IMG/VR virus record: IMGVR_UViG_3300010384_000001
DNA: 64,000 nt
Source of the DNA: a virus
Strand: one strand, 5' to 3'
Shown here one piece after another: positions 1 through 8,549 of the stretch (position 1 is the first letter of the stretch; each line of letters opens with the position of its first letter). A model generated the notes under the pieces. It had not been told where the DNA came from. It was given only the letters and a program-made list of their open reading frames with translations, and made no database searches. The position numbers and the translations under genes are program-made.

Positions 1-344
1 AGCAACATTATCCACGCAAAGATATTCGTCGCTTTGTAGAAGATGATGCGGATGAGGATATCAAAGAAGCAGAGATCAGTGTAAGCACCGTAGGTTCTGC
101 GGGTACTGGTTTAGATATCCCGATGCTGGCGACTGTGATTTTGTCGCACATGATCCGAAGCACACAAGGTAATGTTCAAGGTTTCGGACGTCTCCGTAAA
201 CCAAAAGATGGTTGGACGCCAGAATTTGGCTATGTGGTGTGTGAAGATATCATTAAACACATCGATTACCACGAAGAGAAAGATAGATTGTTAGCTGGTC
301 GAGCACTCTCAAATGAGAAGCGCTATTACATGAGTCTGATCTAA
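1..344 (+). CDS. SF2-type helicase, C-terminal fragment (5' end outside window)
   Basis: Frame 3 is open from the window edge to TAA 342-344. The translation contains STVGSAGTGLDIP (motif V-like) and QGNVQGFGRLRKP (motif VI, Q-x-x-G-R-x-x-R). Confidence 0.7.
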   Translation, partial: QHYPRKDIRRFVEDDADEDIKEAEISVSTVGSAGTGLDIPMLATVILSHMIRSTQGNVQGFGRLRKPKDGWTPEFGYVVCEDIIKHIDYHEEKDRLLAGRALSNEKRYYMSLI

Positions 345-359
345 GTAGTCGACATAATT

Positions 360-418
360 CCCATACTCTACCCGTCAAGGTAGAGTATGGGAGATGTCTT
401 ATGACGTCTTTTTTTTTT
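360..418. terminator. Bidirectional stem-loop terminator between convergent genes
   Basis: Perfect 13-bp stem CCCATACTCTACC (360-372) / GGTAGAGTATGGG (379-391) with a 6-nt loop. A T10 run lies at 409-418. Confidence 0.7.
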
Positions 419-426
419 GCTTGATT

Positions 427-912
427 CTACTCTTTTGGAGGATACAGATAAAACGCAACAGCCGGAACTTCACTCGCTAACTCAATTAACAAGGGCAATA
501 CTTCTTCCCAGTCTAATTGACCACGACCACAACCTAATGCCGGGATAGCGATAGAGTCAAGACACAATTCTTTACTCATTGTCTTTAACCAATGCCCTAA
601 CTGTTTAAGACCAGCTTGAATGGTGCGTAATGAAGAGTATTCGCGCCAGTCGCATTTAGTGTGGAAACAATAAACCTTCCTCGCTCCAAACTCAGGCGGA
701 TCAAAGACAAAGTGCTGCATGCGAATAGGTTCATGCAACTTACAATGCTTCTTATACTCCCTCAACAAGTTAGGGATAGCCAAACTAAAATATTTAGCTA
801 GACCAGCCCCCATTGTACCGACAGCATTAGTAGGACATACTAACCACTGTGCTTCTGAATGCAAGATATTGTCCGTAGGCAACATCATCACAACATTGTT
901 TGGCAGCGACAT
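427..912 (-). CDS. Macrodomain protein (ADP-ribose binding / de-ADP-ribosylase-like)
   Basis: 161-aa ORF with an AAGGA SD upstream of the ATG at 912. LVCPTNAVGTMGAGLAKYF and IAIPALGCGRGQLDW match the two glycine-rich ADP-ribose-binding loops of macrodomains. Confidence 0.7.
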   Translation of the reverse strand: MSLPNNVVMMLPTDNILHSEAQWLVCPTNAVGTMGAGLAKYFSLAIPNLLREYKKHCKLHEPIRMQHFVFDPPEFGARKVYCFHTKCDWREYSSLRTIQAGLKQLGHWLKTMSKELCLDSIAIPALGCGRGQLDWEEVLPLLIELASEVPAVAFYLYPPKE

Positions 913-933
913 GGTTAGTAGTTCCTTGTGAAG

Positions 934-1488
934 TTAATTACGAAACGGATTACCGCGTTGATCAAGTAATAATGAAGAGCGCTCAATATTACTTAAGATC
1001 TTATCTTCCTTATCGATGGTTTCTTTCTGCATCGGTTCAGCAATTTCAAATAACAGTTCACACATGTCGTGTGGAAGGTTAAGGAAACTTTCTAAAGAGA
1101 TGTGGAAGATATCGCCGACTTTAAGATTCGCAAACCGCTTTAGTGTCTCGACCAAAAAGGAGCCAGTGATAGGATCCTCTGCGGGATGCATCGCGACGTG
1201 ATTCAATGGATGTAACTGCATTGTTTGGTCGCTATACTCTGCAATCCCAAACTCCTTATGATAATGTTCAATCATCAGGAGCTGGGCATCACTGGCTACT
1301 ACTTTAGGTGCTTCTTTCAACAGTGTTTGTAAACTATTAAGAAACGTATCAAAGGTCACGTCTGTACCAAACTGCGGATGCAAGACGTGATCAATGATAC
1401 GATTGTTTACAGCCTCTGTCTGATCTGATACACTTTTTGGTCGAGTAGGGTAAAAAAAGTTGAGATCGGATCCATTTGCAACAGCCAC
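934..1488 (-). CDS. Hypothetical protein
   Basis: 184-aa ORF in a minus-strand operon. Its only ATG gives an 82-nt overlap with the upstream gene. No recognizable motif. Confidence 0.5.
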   Translation of the reverse strand: MAVANGSDLNFFYPTRPKSVSDQTEAVNNRIIDHVLHPQFGTDVTFDTFLNSLQTLLKEAPKVVASDAQLLMIEHYHKEFGIAEYSDQTMQLHPLNHVAMHPAEDPITGSFLVETLKRFANLKVGDIFHISLESFLNLPHDMCELLFEIAEPMQKETIDKEDKILSNIERSSLLLDQRGNPFRN

Positions 1489-2978
1489 GGGAAACGCGGA
1501 GTCGTGCGTTCTTTCTCAACGTTGCTAGCCAACGGCGTTGCAATGATGGCGATGGTCGATTCAGAGATGAACTCACGCACCACTTCAAAGAAGCGTTTAC
1601 GCAGCTCATCATCGCCCGAGAGTGAATCGCATTCCATCGTAATCGTTTCTGGATCTTCCATCGTCTTACCCAGGGATGGGAATTCGAAAGCTTTCACCCA
1701 GTGACGATATTGACGCATCGATGTTGCGCGCGCTTGATCCAGGATCTTAGTGTTACGTGCATCTTGATCTTCTTCATCCGTAAACGCACCGTTAATCATT
1801 GCTACGGTTTCGTTCACCCAAGCTTGACCGGCATTCACGTAATCGTTAATGTTCGGCACAGCCAACGTCACAAGCACGTTCGGTGCTAATTCATAAGTCT
1901 TCGGCTTACCACGGGTGAAGCGTTCACGATACGTGTCAATGGCGATCTTGCTCATCGATTGCACTGAACGATTAGCCATGTGATTGCGTTGATAATCATC
2001 AATGGAAGCGGTATCGACAAAATGCAGATAAGCGACGTTCAGTTTCTCTTTGATGGTCTCGAGGACTTGACCTTTTGGATCCAGGATCGAACGCGTATAT
2101 TGGAAACCCCGCGGCCAGATCGCGCAAGCCATACCCCAAGCCAGAGTATTCACGTCAAGGGTAGAAATCATCTCACGCAGTTCCGTATTAGAAACATCTT
2201 TTACGGTATGCTCGTAGATATGTTCCACCACCAGATCGATCAAGTTCGAAGCAGTAAAGACAGCGTGGTTAGCGAAAGCCAGACCGTGAGTCACACGCCC
2301 CAGCATGATCTTCTCTTCTGCCATACGCTGCCACATCTCCAGCAGACGACCTTCTTTCGGTGCTTTGATTGTGATCCAGAAACCAGAATGCCACAGTGGA
2401 ATCTGCACAATGCTACCGCGGCCCAGCATGGCGTTAACTTGCATCACACCACGGGCGCCAGTTAACATTGGGCTGTCGTCACCAATCTTCGGGCGACCGG
2501 CAATCAGGACTTTCGCTTCAGCTTTAACTTGCTGACGCCATTGGGCTTCAGGGCGTTGTGCCGAACCACCTGCGTAGTCACGATACACACCAGCACGCAT
2601 ACCTTGTTGCAGTGCTTCAGCCCATTCACGACCTTGTTCGGTTGCGCCAATGTTTTCGTTGGGGAGCTTCTTCGTGTATTCAGTTACACGTTCCGTCGTT
2701 TCCGGAGGAAGCGGTAACGTGATAGCATCATCGTCCCACGATTCAATCGGCAGGAAGATCTGATGATCGATTTCTGCATTGTTCAGTTCAGGACGCGGTT
2801 CGAGTAGAACGACTTCTTGTTCTTCGGTAGTGTCCGCATCACTAGCGGGTGCACTTTCGTCAGTAACAGCAGCGTCACTGTTAGCAGCGTCCGTTATTGG
2901 TGTGGTGTTATCTTGCTCTTGAGCAGGAGCACTTGTGTCGATTTCAGGCAAGTCGCCGTTATTGTTGTCCATGGACAT
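1407..2978 (-). CDS. Hypothetical protein with acidic low-complexity N-terminus
   Basis: 523-aa ORF. The first ~60 aa are D/E/T/A-rich and the remainder looks globular. No motif I can assign. Confidence 0.75.
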   Translation of the reverse strand: MSMDNNNGDLPEIDTSAPAQEQDNTTPITDAANSDAAVTDESAPASDADTTEEQEVVLLEPRPELNNAEIDHQIFLPIESWDDDAITLPLPPETTERVTEYTKKLPNENIGATEQGREWAEALQQGMRAGVYRDYAGGSAQRPEAQWRQQVKAEAKVLIAGRPKIGDDSPMLTGARGVMQVNAMLGRGSIVQIPLWHSGFWITIKAPKEGRLLEMWQRMAEEKIMLGRVTHGLAFANHAVFTASNLIDLVVEHIYEHTVKDVSNTELREMISTLDVNTLAWGMACAIWPRGFQYTRSILDPKGQVLETIKEKLNVAYLHFVDTASIDDYQRNHMANRSVQSMSKIAIDTYRERFTRGKPKTYELAPNVLVTLAVPNINDYVNAGQAWVNETVAMINGAFTDEEDQDARNTKILDQARATSMRQYRHWVKAFEFPSLGKTMEDPETITMECDSLSGDDELRKRFFEVVREFISESTIAIIATPLASNVEKERTTPRFPWLLQMDPISTFFTLLDQKVYQIRQRL

Positions 2979-2996
2979 CCTTTTATCTGTTATGAA

Positions 2997-3488
2997 TTAA
3001 ACCGGAGCTACAGTTTGCGGTTGACTAGCTTGCGCTAATTGAATCTGATTCAGAGCGTAATTCAAATGCTCATTTAATTCGGCAACAACAGGCAGAACCA
3101 ACAACTGGTGCTGATCGATCAGTGCTGCGTATTCTTGGAAGATCTGGATGATGGAGAAGTTCTCATCGATATCTTCGGTGAAGCCAGTCTTACCAGCATG
3201 CTTACGATAAACACGTTGGGTTTTAGTATTCAGCATCTGGACGTCAGCAGACAGACCCTTCACTAAGTTCGCAGTCTTAGCAATGTCTTTTAAATTCGCT
3301 TGGACTTGGGGTGCTAACAGCATTGAGGTCATGCGATGATAACTAACAAACATACTCGCATGAATGTTGTATTGACCTTGCAGGGATTCCCAATTGTTAC
3401 TCGGACCTTGCAACGCCGGATCCTTACGCGGATCAGGATTATTCGGATAAATGTTACCTAATGCTTGATTCAGGGTGTTGTTGCTCAT
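2997..3488 (-). CDS. Hypothetical protein
   Basis: 163-aa ORF, the first gene of the minus-strand operon next to a divergent intergenic region. Confidence 0.7.
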   Translation of the reverse strand: MSNNTLNQALGNIYPNNPDPRKDPALQGPSNNWESLQGQYNIHASMFVSYHRMTSMLLAPQVQANLKDIAKTANLVKGLSADVQMLNTKTQRVYRKHAGKTGFTEDIDENFSIIQIFQEYAALIDQHQLLVLPVVAELNEHLNYALNQIQLAQASQPQTVAPV

Positions 3489-3685
3489 TACGTCGTCCTT
3501 AAATTCTTTTTAAAAATCTGATAAAGAAAGCCAGATCATCTGACTTTGCATGTAGTGGTCTGTCCTATTTAATGAAAATAGGTCTACAGAGTTATAAGTG
3601 TAAACATGGTGGCTATTTGGCCGCCATTTGGCCACAGGATGTTTCCTTCAAGTATTTTTTTAATAATTAATTACGGGTTAGCTTT
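3489..3685. promoter_or_regulatory. Divergent intergenic control region
   Basis: 197-nt AT-rich gap between divergently transcribed operons. It contains a hairpin CCTATTT(aatga)AAATAGG (3564-3582) and a tandem direct repeat GGCTATTTGGCC/GCCATTTGGCC (3611-3633). Confidence 0.4.
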
Positions 3686-4510
3686 ATGTTAGAGCTTTTA
3701 AGTGATTACCTCAAACAAGCTGCACCGCCAGAGCAACGTAACGAATATCAAGTGATTTGCGATGCGTTAGATAAGATCGGTTTGGAAGGTTATGAAGACG
3801 CGATCGAACAAATCATTCTGGAAGAAGGAATGGTCGATGCTGGTGATGTGATGTTCCAGTTGAATAATCTACTGCGCGCGCACGGTCATCAAGTCTTGCG
3901 AATGCATGCCATTACCTTTACTGAAGAAACCAGCCTAAAGATGTTAGGCGATATCATCAGTGGTATTGTGGATTTACCTGACCATGAAGAACGTAAACAT
4001 ATCGTTGCGATTGCCCAAGCCGATTCGAACATTCGCGAACGCTTCTGTGATCTGATGGCGATTGTTGCACCGTACCAGCAAGACGTGTTGTTACATTACG
4101 TTGTTTCAGTCTCACCTAGCTTCATGGCGAAGATTGTTGACTTGGCTGAAGAAGAAATGGATGAAGCATTATTTGACGTCGATCGTCAAGAGAAAATTGC
4201 TCTGTTCCAGACTTACAGTGCTTATCTTCCAGAAGGGATGCCGGTACGGATTGGTACAATGCTGCGCCATGGTAGCGACGTCGGGATGCCATACACTGTT
4301 TATGCCGGTGTGATTGGTAGTGACTTTGAACAGATGCCGCCTGACCAGATTGCGGAAGAGATGTATGGTATTGCGTTAGTGTCGGGAGATTGCGCAGGTA
4401 ATCCTACCCAAACCATCAAAGACCATTTGGAAGAATACATTTCTAATCCGGATACCATTGTTGCTGTGATGGCGCGTGTCAACAAAATTAACATTGAGTT
4501 TAAGCCATGA
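3686..4510 (+). CDS. Hypothetical protein
   Basis: 274-aa ORF. Its stop overlaps the next start (ATGA at 4507-4510), which suggests translational coupling with the RNAP-like gene. Confidence 0.75.
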   Translation: MLELLSDYLKQAAPPEQRNEYQVICDALDKIGLEGYEDAIEQIILEEGMVDAGDVMFQLNNLLRAHGHQVLRMHAITFTEETSLKMLGDIISGIVDLPDHEERKHIVAIAQADSNIRERFCDLMAIVAPYQQDVLLHYVVSVSPSFMAKIVDLAEEEMDEALFDVDRQEKIALFQTYSAYLPEGMPVRIGTMLRHGSDVGMPYTVYAGVIGSDFEQMPPDQIAEEMYGIALVSGDCAGNPTQTIKDHLEEYISNPDTIVAVMARVNKINIEFKP

Positions 4511-5811
4511 ATCGATTAGCTTTCTTTTTAGCCGCGATGAAGGCGGAGTTATACAGACGACGTGCCTGGGTGTTCTCAGCCTTTACCATGATTCAAGAAG
4601 GTCCTGATGATTGGAAAAAAGATCCGTACGCTTACCGTATCGTGCAAACACCGTCGGGTCACTTCTTTGTTGATCCGAACAATGGATCGAAGCTAACACC
4701 TCTAGACGACGCTCCTGTTGGTCAAGCGCCGTTCTATATCAAAGACCGGATTCAGTTAAAAGCTGGTGACGTTATTAACTTAACGAAATCAGTCGAAACC
4801 AATTACGGTAATCTGTTAGCGAACTGCGTCACTCTAGTGTATCCATTCGGCGCTAAGGTGCCGTATATCACTGGTAGATTTATGCCCTCAGATCTTGAGT
4901 CGCTGATCTTACCGCGCTTGCAAGATACGCCTGCTTCAAATACTGAACGTAATCCCAAATGGATTTATGTGGACGAGTATCTGAAGTTTGCCGATGCGAT
5001 GTTCTTCATCGATGAGTTTGCAAGTATGTGTGTGCCTGCAGCTACCGAGAAGAGTTTAACCCAAGCGCCTGGTACGATTGAATTGCGTAATGAATTAGTT
5101 GAGCAATACAAAGATCGCCTGCATACCGGTGAGGTCGGTGCTATCATTGCTAAGAAACTGCAAGAGCATGACCGTAAATGGTTAGGTGATGATGACTCAA
5201 CTAACTTCATGATCAGTAAGAAGTCGTATGAAGTGGTGCGGTCTAAGAAGTTCTTGATGCTGGGTGCGGAAGCTGGCCTGTCTGATGGTGTTAACATTGA
5301 CCTGATTCAGAAGTCTCTGATTGAAGGTTGGGATGTGAATAAGTTCCCGTCGATGAATAACATTCTGCGCGCCGGTTCGTATAACCGCGGTCACCAAACC
5401 ATGTTAGGTGGTGAGTCAGTGAAATGGCTGCTGCGTGCGTCTTCCAACATTAACATTACAGTGGATGATTGCGGTACGAACTTAGGCCGTCGGATTTACT
5501 TGAATAATTCAAACAGCAAACGCTATTTGAACTTCACCATCAATGGCGTGGATGGACCAATCAAGTTAACTGATGAAGTATTACCCACTTATCTTAACAG
5601 CTGGGTATTAGTGCGTAGCCCGATGTATTGCTGGTTAGACAAGACCGATATTTGCAAATGCTGCGCAGGTCCTCGTTTAGCTGAAAACCCAACTGGTGCA
5701 TCCAGTGCGATTTCTGACTATGGTTCCACCATGATGCTGTTGTACATGAAAGCAGCACACGGTAAAGCGCTGACCCTGGCTAGAATGAACTACAAAGAAG
5801 CGTTATTCTAA
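4507..5811 (+). CDS. Phage multisubunit RNA polymerase subunit, beta-prime C-terminal-like fragment
   Basis: RAGSYNRGHQTMLGGESVKWLLRASSNINITVDDCGTNLG parallels the E. coli beta-prime bridge-helix region (...ALKTANSGYLTRRLVDV...VTEDDCGT). LVRSPMYCWLDKTDICKCCAG parallels V(K/R)VRS..C......C..CYG. Confidence 0.7.
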   Translation: MNRLAFFLAAMKAELYRRRAWVFSAFTMIQEGPDDWKKDPYAYRIVQTPSGHFFVDPNNGSKLTPLDDAPVGQAPFYIKDRIQLKAGDVINLTKSVETNYGNLLANCVTLVYPFGAKVPYITGRFMPSDLESLILPRLQDTPASNTERNPKWIYVDEYLKFADAMFFIDEFASMCVPAATEKSLTQAPGTIELRNELVEQYKDRLHTGEVGAIIAKKLQEHDRKWLGDDDSTNFMISKKSYEVVRSKKFLMLGAEAGLSDGVNIDLIQKSLIEGWDVNKFPSMNNILRAGSYNRGHQTMLGGESVKWLLRASSNINITVDDCGTNLGRRIYLNNSNSKRYLNFTINGVDGPIKLTDEVLPTYLNSWVLVRSPMYCWLDKTDICKCCAGPRLAENPTGASSAISDYGSTMMLLYMKAAHGKALTLARMNYKEALF

Positions 5812-5857
5812 GAAATAGTTAATAAACTATGACTAAACTCTCTAGGTAGATTTGATC

Positions 5858-6631
5858 ATGAGTAAAAACAATCGACACGTCCGTATGTCTGGTAACAACG
5901 GCAAGCAACAAGTTAAGGAAACTCCTGTGACTGAACAAAATACAAATGCTCCGGAAGCAGCTTCTGGCAGCGATATCGTAGGAACGCACATCAGTTTTGA
6001 TGTGAGCGATCCGGTTGGTACGATGCAGGTGGTTAAGGAAGTCGCACAGCCGGTGCTGTATGCGCCGAAGTCAGAACAATCAGCGGAACCCTCGGTTGCG
6101 GACGCGGTCCCTCTGGTGAAAGCACAAGCACCTGTGGCAGCAGCACCTACGCCCGTAGCAGTCTCGTCTGCTAAGCCTCTTGACTTCAGTGAGAATCCGT
6201 TTAAGAGCGTCGGCGCTAAGATTGCTTACGAGGAACTGAAGCATTATGTTGAAGCGATGCTGAACAAGAAAGTTGCTCTAACTCTGCAACAGGGTGCAGT
6301 TGTCCAAGCCAGTTTGTATCGCGCTCTGGTTGCAGCCATCAATGCTCCGGCAGAAGAGTCTAAAGACGTGATGGACTTCTTCCTGGCAGTGATCGAGAAA
6401 CATCTGGACACGGTATTTGCACCGCACAGTGTGTTCCGCTTTGTCAACGGTATGAACTTACCGAAAGCTGCACAGATGCACTTCCGGCACCTGACGAATA
6501 TGTTTGTCGCACTGGCACCTGTTAAGAGCCGTCGTCTGGCTATTAAACAGTCAGGTCTGCCGAATGTGCTGAACAATCGCTTGATTACCGAAGAAGGTCG
6601 TCAACGCGCGCTGTCGTATTTCGGCCTGTAA
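5858..6631 (+). CDS. Hypothetical protein (Ala/Pro-rich N-terminal half)
   Basis: The ORF opens at TTG 5852 and the first ATG is at 5858. It is followed by a strong terminator. Confidence 0.7.
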   Translation: MSKNNRHVRMSGNNGKQQVKETPVTEQNTNAPEAASGSDIVGTHISFDVSDPVGTMQVVKEVAQPVLYAPKSEQSAEPSVADAVPLVKAQAPVAAAPTPVAVSSAKPLDFSENPFKSVGAKIAYEELKHYVEAMLNKKVALTLQQGAVVQASLYRALVAAINAPAEESKDVMDFFLAVIEKHLDTVFAPHSVFRFVNGMNLPKAAQMHFRHLTNMFVALAPVKSRRLAIKQSGLPNVLNNRLITEEGRQRALSYFGL

Positions 6632-6657
6632 TAACGTTAAGACGTCATAAGGCTAGT

Positions 6658-6692
6658 GACTAGACCATAGGGTAATCCCCTATGGTCTAGTC
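6658..6692. terminator. Bidirectional stem-loop terminator
   Basis: Perfect 15-bp stem GACTAGACCATAGGG / CCCTATGGTCTAGTC with a 5-nt loop, between convergent genes. It is extended by an outer GTCATAAGG (6643-6651) / CCTATGAC (6692-6699) pairing. Confidence 0.8.
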
Positions 6693-6699
6693 CTATGAC

Positions 6700-8397
6700 C
6701 TAACCCTGCGGATGTTCGCGCAGGTATGCGGCAAGCATTTGTTCTAAGCCTGGTAATTTAAACACGCCTTGACAGAATTCAACAGCATTGACGTAGCCGC
6801 CCGATAAGTTCACACCTTGTCGACGCCGCATTTCTTCCGTCACACCTTGAATCTGGATGATTTCACGTTTGGTAGTAGAACGAGAAATGTTGTAGCACAT
6901 GCCAGCATTCGGATAGGAACCTTCAACGTCAAGGTCGCCCACGTGTCCACGGAAGTTAGTTGGAACATTCGCATATTCCACTACACACTTTAGACCGTTA
7001 TCCACCACCTGGTGTGCAGGTAGCATGGTGATCCAACCTTTACCACTCACCACTAACTTGTCGTACTCGTGTTCCATCTGATCCGAAGTCGTACCGAGCA
7101 CGCTCTTTTCTTCTAACAGATAGAAGTGGAAGTCGTTGCACAGACGCTTCGGTTGTGAGTTGAAAATCGCATAGTCAGACATACCGGAAAACATGGACAG
7201 TGAGATCGCTAAGTCTTGTGTCTTCTCATCCAAGATTTCCATACCCACACAGTCAAACACGTTATAGATCACGTATTCGAGTGGATAGAACTGCTGCATG
7301 AACGTATGCCATGCACCTTCTTGGTAGCCTTCTGCTTCTTCAAACTTCAGCTTATTCCGACTAACCTCTTTATCCATCACGTAATCCAAGCCATAGCTCG
7401 GAAGCTCTTGTGCGCCTGTACGAATATGACGATAAGCACACATCGCGTCAATAATCGTAAAGCTTGCCGGAGTCGTGACAGAGTGCCAACGTTGCGAAGG
7501 AGTTAACGGAGTCGCTGTACCATCCGATTTAATCTTCTGCGCTGGTCCCAGTTTAAAGTTGAATTTGCGATACTCGTAAGGAACACTAGGATCGGAGAAT
7601 ACGTCAGCAGGATCTAAGCCTGCTGCTTCCAATGCCTCGAGCATCTTCTTCATGTCGAATTCGATGTTCCAAATCGCCAAGAAGTCAGGGGACCATTCGT
7701 GTGCTTTATTTAAGACTTCAACAACAATTTCTGCTGCAGTATCAACCAGCTTGACTTCCCACTTGATGTTACGCTTCTTAACGTCATCACCAAGATAGAA
7801 TTCAAGTTTCTTTTGTAGCTGGTCAATCGGATTTGAGAAGCCGTTTAAGAAATCTTTCTTAATTGCAGTGAAGATACGATCTTTAAACGAGATCGTCTGC
7901 ATGATGATTTCTTCCGTCCCCCTAATCATGTCGGTTTCCGTATCGGTTGCCGCCATAGTCATTGGTGAATTGACATTAGGGAAATTATCGAAATACGACT
8001 TCTTCAAGATGGCAGTTGAAGTCACGTCAGTGCCGTACAGATAAGGACTCCGTGCCAGCGCTTTCAGTGAATTATTTTGACCGCCATAGATGTTCAGTGC
8101 TTGTTTGATACGATACACCAGATCACTCTCGACGCACTCAAAGTGCATCAAGTTTTCCATCTTTTCTGATTCTTTCTTTTCTTTATGCTTTTGTAAACCT
8201 TTCTTGGTTACCCAAAAACTACGTTTGAAATCCCAACGAGGAAAGAAACGAGGAAAGCTACGACCATCTTTCAAATGCACAATTTGCTTAACCATGTGCA
8301 AGTCGCGTTCTGTTCCATCAGGACGTCCGCAGTGTACAGCATGACGACATTCGATGCCTAAAAGTTCTTCACGAGTGAACTTAATTTCTCTTGCCAT
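6700..8397 (-). CDS. Family-B DNA polymerase, N-terminal/3'-5' exonuclease fragment (split polymerase)
   Basis: ExoI ATDTETD, ExoII IWNIEFDMKKM and ExoIII YVIYNVFDCVGM are present. A motif-A-like DLDVEGSYPNA lies near the C-terminus. No motif B (K...NS.YG) or motif C (DTD) occurs before the stop. Confidence 0.65.
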   Translation of the reverse strand: MAREIKFTREELLGIECRHAVHCGRPDGTERDLHMVKQIVHLKDGRSFPRFFPRWDFKRSFWVTKKGLQKHKEKKESEKMENLMHFECVESDLVYRIKQALNIYGGQNNSLKALARSPYLYGTDVTSTAILKKSYFDNFPNVNSPMTMAATDTETDMIRGTEEIIMQTISFKDRIFTAIKKDFLNGFSNPIDQLQKKLEFYLGDDVKKRNIKWEVKLVDTAAEIVVEVLNKAHEWSPDFLAIWNIEFDMKKMLEALEAAGLDPADVFSDPSVPYEYRKFNFKLGPAQKIKSDGTATPLTPSQRWHSVTTPASFTIIDAMCAYRHIRTGAQELPSYGLDYVMDKEVSRNKLKFEEAEGYQEGAWHTFMQQFYPLEYVIYNVFDCVGMEILDEKTQDLAISLSMFSGMSDYAIFNSQPKRLCNDFHFYLLEEKSVLGTTSDQMEHEYDKLVVSGKGWITMLPAHQVVDNGLKCVVEYANVPTNFRGHVGDLDVEGSYPNAGMCYNISRSTTKREIIQIQGVTEEMRRRQGVNLSGGYVNAVEFCQGVFKLPGLEQMLAAYLREHPQG

Positions 8398-8549
8398 ATA
8401 CTTGTTCGGTAATTAGTTGAATATCAGTATGAATCCCCAGAGGTGAGCAGTCTGGTTATTATTTTTTGGTTTTGCTGTTCTTAACCAGATTATAAAGATG
8501 CTCGGTTAATTATACTTTTATTCCTTATTCTTCAGAAAGAAGTTCTGCC
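8398..8549. promoter_or_regulatory. Divergent intergenic region
   Basis: 152-nt AT-rich gap between divergent genes. No consensus could be derived. Confidence 0.3.
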
